From assembly GCA_016930235.1 (NCBI GenBank), contig JAFGHI010000015.1, positions 4,218-68,217 on the forward strand: a stretch of 64,000 bases of DNA. Direction: 5' to 3'. Within the stretch, counting starts at the first letter, position 1; each line of letters starts with the position of its first letter. The DNA comes from Candidatus Omnitrophota bacterium. Lineage in GTDB: Bacteria > Omnitrophota > Omnitrophia > Omnitrophales > Aquincolibacteriaceae. The translations under genes were made by a program, and so were the position numbers. The notes beneath the pieces are model-generated. The model was not told the DNA's origin and did no database searches. It was given only the letters and a program-made list of their open reading frames with translations. This document shows positions 28,318-38,273 of this stretch, in pieces.

Positions 28318-29232
28318 TTACCTTTTGGCCTTTCTTTTCTTGAGAGGGTACCCTTGTTTTTCGCGGCTTTCCAAGTAACTCTTGGCACATTCCCGGGCGA
28401 GGGCACGGACACGGCCGATATAACGCGGTCTTTCATTAACGCTAACAGCCCCGCGGGCGTCCAGCAAATTAAAAAGATGAGATGTTTTCAGGCAACAATC
28501 ATAAGCCGGCAGAACAAGACCCTCTTCCAACAGTTTTCGAACTTGCTTTTCGTAATCTTCAAAATGGCGTTTGATCATTTCCGGATTCGAGCCTTCAAAA
28601 TTGAAGCGAGAAAACTCTTTTTCACCCTGCAAATGAACATCTCCGTAAGTCACCCCTCGGGACCATTCAATATCAAAAATGGATTCCTTCTTTTGGAGGA
28701 ACATTGCAATCCGTTCCAAGCCGTAAGTGATTTCACAAGACACGACGTCTAGATCAATCCCGCCGCATTGCTGAAAGTAAGTGAATTGCGTGATTTCCAT
28801 GCTGTCCAGCCACACTTCCCAGCCCAACCCCCACGCCCCCAATGTCGGCGATTCCCAATCGTCTTCCACAAAACGGACATCGTGCGAGAGAAGGTCAATC
28901 CCCAGATATTTCAAACTGTCAAGGTACAGCTGTTGAGAATTTTCGGGTGAGGGTTTTAAAATAACTTGATATTGATAGTAATGCTGCGTTCGGTGGGGAT
29001 TTTCTCCGTACCGGCCATCGGTCGGCCTGCGGGAAGGTTCCACATAAGCTGCATTCCAAGGTTCGGGCCCCAAGGCACGCAAAAAAGTATGAGGTGAAAA
29101 AGTCCCGGCCCCCACTTCGAGGTCATAAGGCTGCATAATCAGGCAACCCCGCTCGCTCCAATAAGTATTTAACTTCTGGATTAACTCCTGAAAACTAAGT
29201 GACTTAGGCATAAAGTGGAAGGATTGTAACAA
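28318..29232 (-). CDS. glyQ: Glycine--tRNA ligase alpha subunit
   Basis: 304 aa. [17 protein letters not shown]...[19 protein letters not shown], the highly conserved GlyQ core. Confidence 0.9.
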   Translation of the reverse strand: MLQSFHFMPKSLSFQELIQKLNTYWSERGCLIMQPYDLEVGAGTFSPHTFLRALGPEPWNAAYVEPSRRPTDGRYGENPHRTQHYYQYQVILKPSPENSQQLYLDSLKYLGIDLLSHDVRFVEDDWESPTLGAWGLGWEVWLDSMEITQFTYFQQCGGIDLDVVSCEITYGLERIAMFLQKKESIFDIEWSRGVTYGDVHLQGEKEFSRFNFEGSNPEMIKRHFEDYEKQVRKLLEEGLVLPAYDCCLKTSHLFNLLDARGAVSVNERPRYIGRVRALARECAKSYLESREKQGYPLKKRKAKR

Positions 29233-29274
29233 ATTGGTGCCATGGATTCAAGATAACTGCAACTCTTGTCCAAC

Positions 29275-29304
29275 GAAAAAACCCCCGCCTTGCTTAAGGC
29301 GGGG
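29275..29304 (-). terminator. Rho-independent terminator downstream of comEA
   Basis: Minus RNA CCCCCGCCUU-AAGC-AAGGCGGGGG (10-bp stem) followed by UUUUUU. Confidence 0.8.
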
Positions 29305-29350
29305 GTTTCATGCTACTGCTCGGACCTCGGTTTTAGCCAAAATCCCGGTT

Positions 29351-29683
29351 TTAGACGGAAATCTGGCTTTTAATCTTCTGGAGCTTAGCTCCTCCAATAC
29401 CGCGAACATTCGCCAAATCTTCAAGCGTCTCGAAAGGACCATTGTCCTTACGGAACTGGACAATCCGCTCAGCAAGAGCGGGCCCAATCCCTCGAATGGC
29501 TTGAAGCTCTTCAAGACCGGCTTTATTGATGTTCACAGGACCGGAAACAGCCGCCTGCCCCTGTGCTACGGGGCGTTGGGCTGCCTCTAGGGGATTCAAT
29601 CCCATCATAGAAAAGCTCCCGAAAATCAGAGTGACAAGCAGGGTTAACTGCAAAACTCTCATCTTCGAACGCATAACTGCCAT
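29351..29683 (-). CDS. comEA: ComEA-like competence protein (helix-hairpin-helix DNA binding, secreted)
   Basis: Signal peptide then INKAGLEELQAIRGIGPALAERIV...LANVRGIGGAKLQKIK (tandem HhH). Start placed at MAVMRSKMRVL. Confidence 0.8.
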   Translation of the reverse strand: MAVMRSKMRVLQLTLLVTLIFGSFSMMGLNPLEAAQRPVAQGQAAVSGPVNINKAGLEELQAIRGIGPALAERIVQFRKDNGPFETLEDLANVRGIGGAKLQKIKSQISV

Positions 29684-29815
29684 GACTTTCACCTCCTCTA
29701 ACGAAACATTCAAAAGCAGGTGGAGTATAGGGCAAATATGATTATTCGTCAAGTATTATTTATATTATATTAATATACTGAATTCCCTTACTTTTTGTCT
29801 AATCTCATATTTTTA

Positions 29816-29843
29816 TTGACAATTCTTACTTAAGGGGTAATAT
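29816..29843 (+). promoter_or_regulatory. Candidate sigma-70 promoter for the XRE/cupin regulator in an AT-rich divergent region
   Basis: TTGACA-16 nt-TAATAT, about 28 nt upstream of the ATG at 29871. Confidence 0.4.
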
Positions 29844-29870
29844 CCACTTATCCGCTAGGAGCAAGCCAAA

Positions 29871-30428
29871 ATGCTAAAAAACCTCGGACAACGCATCCGA
29901 AGCTTACGCAAAGAAAAAGGATTAACTCTCGTCGAAGTAGCAGAGAAAACGGGAGTCGCACAAGCCACCCTTTCGCGAATCGAAACCGGAACCATGATGG
30001 GGACGGTCGAAAGCCATGAAAAAATATCCGAGGTTCTGGGAATTGGCTTAGCCGAACTTTACACCGGTGTTGACCGGAGGCACGAACAGATCACCCATCT
30101 GACCCAGGAAGCGGATAAGAAAGTCACCTTCCATAACAAGAACGTCCAAATCGAACTTCTCACAACGGGAAGTTCCAAAAAGAAAATTACCCCCCTTCTG
30201 ATGACCCTGCAAGCCGGGAGTGAAACTCCAACCGATCATCTTGAACGCGGGGTCGAAAAGTTTATCTACGTACTGGAAGGCGAAATTCATGTCAAACTCG
30301 AAAAAGAAATTTATCCGCTCAAGACAGGCGAAACACTCTACTTTGATGCTTCCCTCGCCCATCAATGCATCAACGACAAGCAAAAGACAGCGCGAGCTTT
30401 GATCACTGTTTCTCCTTCTAAAATTTAG
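29871..30428 (+). CDS. XRE-family transcriptional regulator with C-terminal cupin domain
   Basis: N-terminal HTH LRKEKGLTLVEVAEKTGVAQATLSRIE. C-terminal cupin barrel (ETLYFDASLAHQCIN). Confidence 0.85.
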   Translation: MLKNLGQRIRSLRKEKGLTLVEVAEKTGVAQATLSRIETGTMMGTVESHEKISEVLGIGLAELYTGVDRRHEQITHLTQEADKKVTFHNKNVQIELLTTGSSKKKITPLLMTLQAGSETPTDHLERGVEKFIYVLEGEIHVKLEKEIYPLKTGETLYFDASLAHQCINDKQKTARALITVSPSKI

Positions 30429-32803
30429 ATAAGATCCTGGGCCAATAATCCCTTCAAGAAAGATTCGATCCGTAACGGAACCCTTTTGTCAGCTCTGACA
30501 TTTTTATCCAGGGTCAGTGTCACTGCCCCGTAAGTCTTCGTATCGAAGAAGAAGCTCCCGCTCCCTACAGCAATCCTTGAAAGAGATTCATCGCTTTCAG
30601 GTGTTAAGATGACTTTGGGCTGAAAAACATCTATCATCTCTTCAAAGACTTTTTGATCCGACCCCCTGAGAGGCGGCATCACCAAAACGTCGATCCGGTC
30701 CAAAGTTGTGAAATCTCTTTCTCCAAACCGGGGCGCTTCATCCAGGTTTGGAATTACAAGGAACCGCCACCCCTTCACCTCAAGAAGATAAAACATCTGA
30801 TTCCCTTGGAAATGAACAGCCCGAATCTTCTCGTCTTTTTCGAACCGAATAACTTCGCCCGGTCGAATTGTCGCTCGATTGACTTCTCTTTGCATTTCAT
30901 AGGGAAGAACATTCCTAAAAATTGAATCTAGCCCCTCGGGATAGATCAAGTACTGAATGGAAAAATTCCTGAGAATAGTTGCCAGACCCCCCGTATGTTT
31001 CTTCATAAGATCAGTCAGCACGACTCCGGTCAGTGTTTTGATCCCTTTTTCCCGCAGGTAGGGCGCAAGAATCCACTGGCCCTGATCGGAAGGAAACCCC
31101 CGGCCCGCATTCACTAACCAGTGGTTGGAATCTTCAAATTGAAGATGGAGAATCTGATTTTTGCCCGCCGAAAACAAAGTCCCCGAAAAGAGAGGAGCAG
31201 GCCTTGGATAAAAAAAACCAACCAATACACAAAGCCAAAAGCTCCATAAAAATGACAACCCCCACCGGTTTGTTATCATTTTTAGCGGCTTCCGAAAACC
31301 CGGCAAAAAATCTCCTTCTTTCTTTGCTTTGAACCGAAAACCATAACCGGCCACCAACAACCCAAGCCCGAAGTAATAAAGTCCGATCTGAAATGAAGAG
31401 GGGGACGGAAGATAAGCATATCCCCATTCGAGCCCCGCGCATTGGTGAATCCAGAAAAGAACAAATTGGATGCAAGTCGACGAAAATCCGGTTAGAAAAC
31501 TGCCGATCCAAGGAAGAAAACCCAATCCTAAGGACAGAAAAGCACCGAGTAAGGCCAAATGGAAAACGGGGATCGCGATAAAATTGGCGGCCAGGCTGAT
31601 CGGCGAGAAAATATGAAAATAGCAAATAACGACGGGAAAAGTTCCCGCCAGGACAGCCAAGGTGTTCATCACCGCCTCCGACCATCTCCATGTTTCAAAT
31701 TCCCTTCTTAAAAAAAGAATCAGCGAAAAAACCGATAGAAAAGATAAATGAAAGGACCAATGAAAGAGATTTTTGGGGTCGATAAAGACAAGGAAAAAGA
31801 ACGCCATAAAAAAAGTGTTGAGAGAATTGCGTTCGCGTTCAAGCAAAAGGGCAAGGAAACTAAGCCCCCCCATCCATCCCGCTCTCTGGACGGGAATCCC
31901 CCAGCCTGCAATCGCGGCATAAAAAAGAATCACGCCGAGGGACAGGAACGCGGAAAGTTTCTGATCACACCCCAAAGCCATGAGCGCAAGATAAAAACTC
32001 CCCGAAAGCAGGATGATATGCAAACCGCTGATCGCCAAAAGATGTGCCGTTCCTGTCTTAATGAAATCATCCCGTATCTGGGGATCCAATTGCTTTCGAT
32101 CCCCCAGGATTAAGGCCCGAAAAACCGAAGCGTGCTCAGGCGAAAATAATCCGTTGAGTCTTACAGCAATTTTTCGACGTGCCGAATGGAGCAAACGAAG
32201 TGCATTCCATGGATTAGCGCTTGCGATCCTGCGGCTGGAGGAACGGCCGTATGCCTTCAAAACCACCTGGATCCCCCTTTGTTTTAAATAATGTCCGTAA
32301 TCAAAACCGCCGGGATTCGTTACGGGATAGGGATAATCGAGGTGCCCGTAAATCCTTAAACGGTCGGCAAAATCAGGAATTTCTTCGGGTTGAAAAAGAA
32401 ATACCTGAACCCGGCCCGTTACCTTAAAGAATTCTTTTCTCCCGGAGATCTTCCGGACAATATTTTTCGAATCCAGGACAAATGAAACCGTTTTCTTTTT
32501 GCCCTGACTCTTGACTTCCGGGGGAGAAACCACGATCCCTTCCAAGGAAACCCGAGTCAAACCCGCAAAGGATTCAACCGGAGGATCACTGGCCCAAGAA
32601 AACATTTTCCCCCGAACAAACCCAAGCAAACATAAAGAGATCATAAAAATGGGCAGGAAAAATCGCTTCCCGCGGAGAACCCATAAAAAAGGGATAAAAG
32701 ACAAACTCATCAAAAAGAGCCACCACATCGAAACATGGACGAACTCGCACAAAAAGACCCCCGTCACAAAACCAAGCGAGATCCAAAAAAAAGGAACCCT
32801 CAT
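30425..32803 (-). CDS. comEC: DNA internalisation competence protein ComEC/Rec2 with C-terminal metallo-beta-lactamase domain
   Basis: Competence-domain signature TGTAHLLAISGLHIILLSG, many transmembrane segments, C-terminal beta-lactamase-like region. Its stop overlaps the start of the XRE gene. Confidence 0.85.
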   Translation of the reverse strand: MRVPFFWISLGFVTGVFLCEFVHVSMWWLFLMSLSFIPFLWVLRGKRFFLPIFMISLCLLGFVRGKMFSWASDPPVESFAGLTRVSLEGIVVSPPEVKSQGKKKTVSFVLDSKNIVRKISGRKEFFKVTGRVQVFLFQPEEIPDFADRLRIYGHLDYPYPVTNPGGFDYGHYLKQRGIQVVLKAYGRSSSRRIASANPWNALRLLHSARRKIAVRLNGLFSPEHASVFRALILGDRKQLDPQIRDDFIKTGTAHLLAISGLHIILLSGSFYLALMALGCDQKLSAFLSLGVILFYAAIAGWGIPVQRAGWMGGLSFLALLLERERNSLNTFFMAFFFLVFIDPKNLFHWSFHLSFLSVFSLILFLRREFETWRWSEAVMNTLAVLAGTFPVVICYFHIFSPISLAANFIAIPVFHLALLGAFLSLGLGFLPWIGSFLTGFSSTCIQFVLFWIHQCAGLEWGYAYLPSPSSFQIGLYYFGLGLLVAGYGFRFKAKKEGDFLPGFRKPLKMITNRWGLSFLWSFWLCVLVGFFYPRPAPLFSGTLFSAGKNQILHLQFEDSNHWLVNAGRGFPSDQGQWILAPYLREKGIKTLTGVVLTDLMKKHTGGLATILRNFSIQYLIYPEGLDSIFRNVLPYEMQREVNRATIRPGEVIRFEKDEKIRAVHFQGNQMFYLLEVKGWRFLVIPNLDEAPRFGERDFTTLDRIDVLVMPPLRGSDQKVFEEMIDVFQPKVILTPESDESLSRIAVGSGSFFFDTKTYGAVTLTLDKNVRADKRVPLRIESFLKGLLAQDLI

Positions 32804-32995
32804 CCCTTACACCGAGCCCTTTCGGAGGCTCTCTTCTTGACGCTCCTGGACTTGGACATGAACATCGTGCCACTTGACGTCTTGGGCAAGCAGGCCCAGG
32901 AAATACCGCATCAGGCTGTAAATAACGAGAGTGACTAGAGCAAAAAAAAGAAGAGTGTGTTGATACTGTTTAAGTCTGGACATAGTTGACTATGG

Positions 32996-33032
32996 TTGAT
33001 ATATATGCATATTATTATTGCATATATATCAA
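32996..33032. repeat. Perfect AT-rich inverted repeat TTGATATATATGCA-N9-TGCATATATATCAA upstream of comEC
   Basis: Read directly: 14-nt arms that are exact reverse complements, separated by TATTATTAT. Flanked by a second small palindrome CATAGTTGACTATG and a TGATTATCA motif. Confidence 0.7.
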
Positions 33033-33096
33033 TGATTATCAACCTTCCGTATGCCCATCGGCCGCGCAGGCCAAATTCCGACCAGCCGGCCGGAAT

Positions 33097-33312
33097 TCAA
33101 CGTTGAGCGTAACTGCTTAAACAGGAAGGACATAGGCAATCGGAATATTGCTCTGCCAGGCGAGTTAAGACCTCTTTCGATAAGGAGGATTGAGAACACC
33201 AACAGGGCATTGGGCTCTCATCTTGGCAAGAAAATTCACCAAGACACCTGGGACACTTCTTTTTTTTACCCATTCCGGTTTCCCCAGGCCGATCTTTTAT
33301 AATCTCTTCCAC
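33097..33312 (-). CDS. Small cysteine-rich protein (CWC-type, 8 Cys)
   Basis: 71 aa with CPRC...C..ESPMPCWC...C.CPSC spacing. Overlaps the end of the ABC ATPase gene by 16 nt, as the last gene of the uptake operon. Confidence 0.45.
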   Translation of the reverse strand: MEEIIKDRPGETGMGKKKKCPRCLGEFSCQDESPMPCWCSQSSLSKEVLTRLAEQYSDCLCPSCLSSYAQR

Positions 33313-34073
33313 GGGATCACGTAAAATTCCTGATCAAAGTGTCCGTAGCGGGCATTGATGCCGTAGCCTTCTTTCAAGTTGTCCGGAGACAAAACATCGG
33401 CAGCGGACCCGGAAGCCAGGATTTTGCCTTCCCGCAAAAGATAAAGCCGGTCGCAAAAACGGGCGGCCAGGGTCAAATCATGCAGCACCACCATCACCCC
33501 GGACCCTCGAAACGCAACGTCCTTCAACAATTGCATGACTTGGATCTGATGATTGGGGTCCAATCCCGCGACGGGTTCATCGGCCAAGATCATTTCTGAA
33601 TTCCCCGCCAAAACACGGGCAAACATTACGAGGGCTTTTTCGCCCCCTGCCAAATGATCCATCGGGCGGTCCGCCAAATGCAACACATCCGATTTTTTCA
33701 TCGCATTGTAAATGGCCTCGTAATCAATTTTCCGAAGGTCCTGCCAGGGCAAAAGATGCGGAATTCTTCCCAGGGCCACGACCCTTTGGGCCGTTAACGA
33801 CCAGGAAACAGACGCCCCTTGCGGGAGATAGGAAAAATATTGGGCAAGCCGGCGTCTATGGATTTCCGACAAAGACTGTCCTTTAACTTCAATCCTCCCT
33901 TTCTGAAAAGGAAGAAACCGAAGAAGCGTCCGCATCAAGGTCGATTTCCCCGCTCCGTTGGGGCCGATCAGGCCGATCAACTCTCCCCGGGGAAGATCCA
34001 TATTCACCTTGCTTAGGACAAGTTTCTTGTCGAGCGAAACATCCAAATCCCGAATCTGAACAAAATCTTTCAT
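33297..34073 (-). CDS. ABC transporter ATP-binding protein (BtuD/FecE-like, iron-complex/cobalamin uptake type)
   Basis: Walker A GPNGAGKST, signature LAGGEKALVMFARVL, Walker B ILADEP. 258 aa. Confidence 0.85.
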   Translation of the reverse strand: MKDFVQIRDLDVSLDKKLVLSKVNMDLPRGELIGLIGPNGAGKSTLMRTLLRFLPFQKGRIEVKGQSLSEIHRRRLAQYFSYLPQGASVSWSLTAQRVVALGRIPHLLPWQDLRKIDYEAIYNAMKKSDVLHLADRPMDHLAGGEKALVMFARVLAGNSEMILADEPVAGLDPNHQIQVMQLLKDVAFRGSGVMVVLHDLTLAARFCDRLYLLREGKILASGSAADVLSPDNLKEGYGINARYGHFDQEFYVIPWKRL

Positions 34074-35089
34074 CAGGATACGTTCCTCCGCATTTTAAAG
34101 ATAAGGGCCAGGAAAAATGGGGCCCCGATTAAGGACGTCAGGACCCCGAGCTTTAATTCCGTGCCGACCGAAAAATATCTGACGAACAAATCCGCCCAAA
34201 GAACAAGGACCGCGCCGCCCACTGCACTTATTCCCAGCAGTTTCCCGGGCTCATGTTTGACAAGGGGCCTGAACAAATGAGGAACCATCAACCCGACAAA
34301 CACCACACTCCCGCAAACAGCCGTCACGCCTCCGACAGCCAGGGCCGTCCCTAAAATAATCCGGAACCGGACCCGCTGAATGGGAATCCCTAAACTCATG
34401 GCCGCTTCTTCCCCGAGACTCAAGGCATTCAGTGCACGGCCGTCCCACAAAAGAAGTAAACATCCCAACAAAACAAAGGGAGCAACTAAAGTTAGATGAT
34501 CAAAACTGCGGTCGGTCAAAGACCCCATCTGCCAGAAAACAATTTCAAGCGCCGCATAAGGATCTTTGGAAAGATTGAGCACCAGAGACGTTCCGGCAAA
34601 GGCCAGGGTATTGATTGCGATACCCGCCAGGATAAGTGTCTGGACACTGGCCATGTACCCGGCAAAAAGATAAAGAATCAAAACCGTAAGAAAAGCACCC
34701 GCCATTCCCCCCAGCGGCAACGCCAGCGAAAAGGAAGAAGCCAACCCCGAGTAAATTACGAGGACGGCCCCCAAAACAGCCCCTCCATTCACCCCCAAAA
34801 CACCGGGCTCGGCCAGAGGATTACGTAATAATCCCTGCATCGACGCCCCTGCAAGCCCTAACGACGCCCCCAGGAAAACGGCCAATAAACTCCGGGGCAT
34901 CCGAATATCCCAAAGAATGACCACCGCCTCGGAACTTTTTCCGTGAACAATGTCGAGTGCCGTGTCCCAGAGAGAAATCTCCGAAGCCCCGGCATTGAGG
35001 GAAATCAAAAAACTCAGAAGCAAGAGAATACTCATTGAGAAAAAGAGAAAAAAGCCGGAGAATTTTGATCCAACCGCAGGTTGCTTCAT
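34073..35089 (-). CDS. FecCD-family ABC permease (BtuC-like)
   Basis: 338 aa, about 9-10 TM helices, glycine-rich. Layout typical of BtuC/FepD permeases. Stop/start overlap with the ATPase gene. Confidence 0.8.
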   Translation of the reverse strand: MKQPAVGSKFSGFFLFFSMSILLLLSFLISLNAGASEISLWDTALDIVHGKSSEAVVILWDIRMPRSLLAVFLGASLGLAGASMQGLLRNPLAEPGVLGVNGGAVLGAVLVIYSGLASSFSLALPLGGMAGAFLTVLILYLFAGYMASVQTLILAGIAINTLAFAGTSLVLNLSKDPYAALEIVFWQMGSLTDRSFDHLTLVAPFVLLGCLLLLWDGRALNALSLGEEAAMSLGIPIQRVRFRIILGTALAVGGVTAVCGSVVFVGLMVPHLFRPLVKHEPGKLLGISAVGGAVLVLWADLFVRYFSVGTELKLGVLTSLIGAPFFLALIFKMRRNVS

Positions 35090-35106
35090 GTCTTATCCCT
35101 CAACCG

Positions 35107-35976
35107 TTACCTTGAAATTCCCGATAATGCCCCTGAAATCTTTTCGACCGCCTCGACCGACCTTGGAGATCCGCAATTGAGCAAGCAGGCCGGAAGCTCA
35201 ATCACTTTAACTCCCGGCAAAGCTTTACGGATCGCCGGATGATTGAGGATATCACGTCTCTCGGTCCGCGTGTGGCGCCAAACATCCGACAAAATAATGA
35301 GGTCTGGTTGTTGGACAATCAAGGTTTCCACAGACATCAATTGATGCCCCTTGGCCCCCGTCCGGACGGCAATATTCTCCGCACCCGCCTCCGTCAAAAT
35401 CGAATGCTCAAAGGTATCTTTTCCCGGAACGCTCCCGCGGATCCCCCAGAAAACAGCCGACCGGCCGCTCTGTGGCCGAGCAATATGTCCCAGCCGTTCA
35501 TTGATTTCACGGATGATTTCCTCGCCCCGTTCTTTTTCCTGAAGGACCTCGGCCATTTGCCGGATCATGTCCCGAATCTCATCGAAATTCTTGGGGATAG
35601 GGACCGACACGACCCGAACGCCTAATTTCTCCAGAAACTGAATGGTCTGCCGCCGCGTGAAAGGCCCGGCAAAAACCAAATCGGGTTTCAAAACCATGAT
35701 CTCCTCGGCATCACCGCGAATCATCGGGATCCCTTTGACCTCGTCCGTGATGGGAGAAAAGACCTGGTCCTTTGAATAACGTGTAATCGCCACGATCCGT
35801 TCCCGATCGGCAAGCCGGATGAGGAGTTCATCGGAACAAAAATTCGCAGAAATAATCCGGGACGGTTTCAGTACCGTTTCTTCTTGGGAGGCAATCTCAA
35901 GAGACTGCGCCGAGACAATGTCCCTTCCCGAGAGAGCAAACAAAACCAGGAAGAAAAAAAACCAAACCCTTAGCAT
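35107..35976 (-). CDS. Periplasmic substrate-binding protein of the uptake system (BtuF-like)
   Basis: Signal peptide MLRVWFFFFLVLFALSGRDIVSA, then a class III SBP-like layout. Start set at MLRV. The ORF-track extension overlaps the receptor gene. Confidence 0.65.
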   Translation of the reverse strand: MLRVWFFFFLVLFALSGRDIVSAQSLEIASQEETVLKPSRIISANFCSDELLIRLADRERIVAITRYSKDQVFSPITDEVKGIPMIRGDAEEIMVLKPDLVFAGPFTRRQTIQFLEKLGVRVVSVPIPKNFDEIRDMIRQMAEVLQEKERGEEIIREINERLGHIARPQSGRSAVFWGIRGSVPGKDTFEHSILTEAGAENIAVRTGAKGHQLMSVETLIVQQPDLIILSDVWRHTRTERRDILNHPAIRKALPGVKVIELPACLLNCGSPRSVEAVEKISGALSGISR

Positions 35977-36002
35977 ACCAACCGCCTCCGGCTTTGAAAC
36001 AG

Positions 36003-38273
36003 TTAAAATTCCCAGCGTACCCCACATTGGTATTCCCGCGGAGCTCCGGGCACAACAAAGGTATACGTTCCATCGGGAAGGACCGTCGCACCGCCCCAAG
36101 CCGCTGGGAAGACTGTCGCATCCACAGCACGGGAATAATACTTGTTATTAAAAACGTTGTTCACCTTAAAATAAACCTCGAAATTTCTCCAGGAATAGGA
36201 AACGAGAAAATCCCAAACCGAATAGGCCTTGATTTGATGGCCCGCCCCGCCGGTCGCATCCAAGGTTGCCTGAGCGGTCGACTCATAAGCCAGCACGTGT
36301 TGGTCCCCGGTATAAATCCCATTGAGGGACAATTTTAAACCGTCATAAGGTTCTCCCAAACGGACCAAGGGATAAAGCGTCGTTCCCCAGGTAAAACGGT
36401 GTTCCGGGATTTGCCCCAAGTCCCGGCCGTCGATGAGACTCCCTCCCTGGTCGGTTTCCCGCACGTAAGCATCCGTGAGCGTATAAGACCCGTAAAGTGA
36501 AATCTCGTCGACTGGCTTGACGTCCAATCGCGTCTCAATCCCCGAACGCCTGCTTTTTCCGATATTAATATTCTGTCCGAAAGGCGCATTGACCGTCACC
36601 GAAGTAGAGTCCCAAACAATCTCATCCTTTAAATCAATCAGAAAGAAACTGCATTTGAAAAGCCCCATCTCTTTCGGTAAACGAATCCGGGTACCGACTT
36701 CGTAACTATCCGAGACCTCGGGACGAAGACTTGTCGAAATAGTCCCGGAGAAAGGAGACAATTCACTGATCGTCGGCACACGAAACCCCTGGCTGTAATT
36801 GCCGTAAAGATCCGTCCAAGAAAGGGGTTTGATAATCAGACCGGTTGACCAACTCGCTTCATCCCACCGGCGGCTGATATTCTGGGTCGGCATCATGGCA
36901 TCCGAGGCATTCAAGCGATATTGGTCGAGCCTCATCCCAACATGCGCGGTCACCCGTTGGGCGATCTCTCCGGTCTGGCGCCAGTAGAGTGCCCAGTTTC
37001 TCGGGTCCGAGCTCCTGTCGGTTTCGCGCGGACTGTTTTCAACGACATTTCCTCCGAAGGCATCCTGTTCCAATCCGTAATTGGAGGCGTTACGAAACTC
37101 CATCCCCAGGGTTGTTTGGTTGTGATACCAGCCCCACTCGTCCTCATAAGCAAGCTGCCAGACAAGATCGGTCGCCCTTGATTTTGTCGTCACCAGATCC
37201 GTATCGGGATTAAAAGCACCGTCGGCGAACGTAAGCGATGTCGTGTAAAAGTGAGCGAGATTGACCCGCCAGGAAGCCAAGATCGAGGCCAAAACACGGT
37301 GGTCCCAAAAATATTTATTGGCCTCCATTTGAAGGATTGTCATCCGGTAATCCCGGCCATCCAAGGGCTTTAAGGTCATTTCTTCATTGATCTGATACAA
37401 ATCGTAAGGCAGCGCCCCCGGATTGGAAACCGCATCATCCACGTGCTTCAACCCGAACCGAAAGTTCCCCTGGTCGTCGGGAAGTTCATAAGCGGTCTTG
37501 ATATTAAAGGAAGTAATCCGGTATTCCCCATTACTGCGGAAACCGTCCCCTAATTTACGGCTGCTGTTGAAATAGTAGGTCCACTTTCCCGCCAAGGGCG
37601 TTATTTTATCCTGAAGCGTCCCGCTAAATCCGTTATAGAATTGAATGCCCCGGTTGCTTGAGAATTCAAAACCTCCGAAAAGGCTCAGACGCTTTTCACT
37701 CGGCCGGCGCGTCGTCAAATGGACCACTCCGGCAAAGGCACCGCTCCCAAAAATAGGCGAAGCCGAACCGCGGTCAATTTGGATCGATTCAAGATCGCTC
37801 ATATCGATCAAGGGATAAATCACATCATCCCCGTCCACTTCATTGATACGGACCCCGTCCAAAAGATGGACGACCGCGCTCCCTTCCGAAAAACCCCGGA
37901 GACTGAACGTGCGGTCGACCCCGTTTCCGACCTGGTCATAAAAAAGGGCGCCCTCCACATCCTCGATGGACCCTTGATAATCACGCGGATGATAGGCATG
38001 AACTTCTTCGCCTTCGCGGCGCGTGACATTGGCGGGAATGTAACTTATATTGGCAGGAACATCGGCAAATGGGACTTTGAAACAAGGAAGCCGTGAAGCC
38101 ACCACCGTCACCTGATCATAGGTTAACACCCGTGATTCATCGGTCTTCAACTCGTCTGTAACTTCTGGAGTTTCTGTTGGGTTCGGTGAAGGAACCTCAG
38201 CAAAAACCGGGTACGACACACTCAAAAAAACCAAAAGCAAAAACTTACTGACTTGAAGCAACATCCTTTCCAT
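36003..38273 (-). CDS. TonB-dependent outer-membrane receptor (BtuB-like)
   Basis: Signal peptide MERMLLQVSKFLLLVFLSVSYPVFA with AAAGGAGG RBS. Plug domain, 22-strand barrel. C-terminal ...GVRWEF aromatic terminus. Preceded by cobalamin-riboswitch-like leader. Confidence 0.85.
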   Translation of the reverse strand: MERMLLQVSKFLLLVFLSVSYPVFAEVPSPNPTETPEVTDELKTDESRVLTYDQVTVVASRLPCFKVPFADVPANISYIPANVTRREGEEVHAYHPRDYQGSIEDVEGALFYDQVGNGVDRTFSLRGFSEGSAVVHLLDGVRINEVDGDDVIYPLIDMSDLESIQIDRGSASPIFGSGAFAGVVHLTTRRPSEKRLSLFGGFEFSSNRGIQFYNGFSGTLQDKITPLAGKWTYYFNSSRKLGDGFRSNGEYRITSFNIKTAYELPDDQGNFRFGLKHVDDAVSNPGALPYDLYQINEEMTLKPLDGRDYRMTILQMEANKYFWDHRVLASILASWRVNLAHFYTTSLTFADGAFNPDTDLVTTKSRATDLVWQLAYEDEWGWYHNQTTLGMEFRNASNYGLEQDAFGGNVVENSPRETDRSSDPRNWALYWRQTGEIAQRVTAHVGMRLDQYRLNASDAMMPTQNISRRWDEASWSTGLIIKPLSWTDLYGNYSQGFRVPTISELSPFSGTISTSLRPEVSDSYEVGTRIRLPKEMGLFKCSFFLIDLKDEIVWDSTSVTVNAPFGQNINIGKSRRSGIETRLDVKPVDEISLYGSYTLTDAYVRETDQGGSLIDGRDLGQIPEHRFTWGTTLYPLVRLGEPYDGLKLSLNGIYTGDQHVLAYESTAQATLDATGGAGHQIKAYSVWDFLVSYSWRNFEVYFKVNNVFNNKYYSRAVDATVFPAAWGGATVLPDGTYTFVVPGAPREYQCGVRWEF

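Noticed and set aside
33031-33046. Fur-box-like TCAATGATTATCAA next to the AT palindrome
   Set aside because: Only a half-site-level match (TGATTATCA) in very AT-rich DNA. The nearby uptake operon is riboswitch-controlled and on the far side.
33060-33096. Hairpin AATTCCG-N10-CGGAATT just downstream of the CWC micro-ORF as a possible operon terminator
   Set aside because: No U-tract on the minus strand and the stem is AT-rich. Not a convincing intrinsic terminator.
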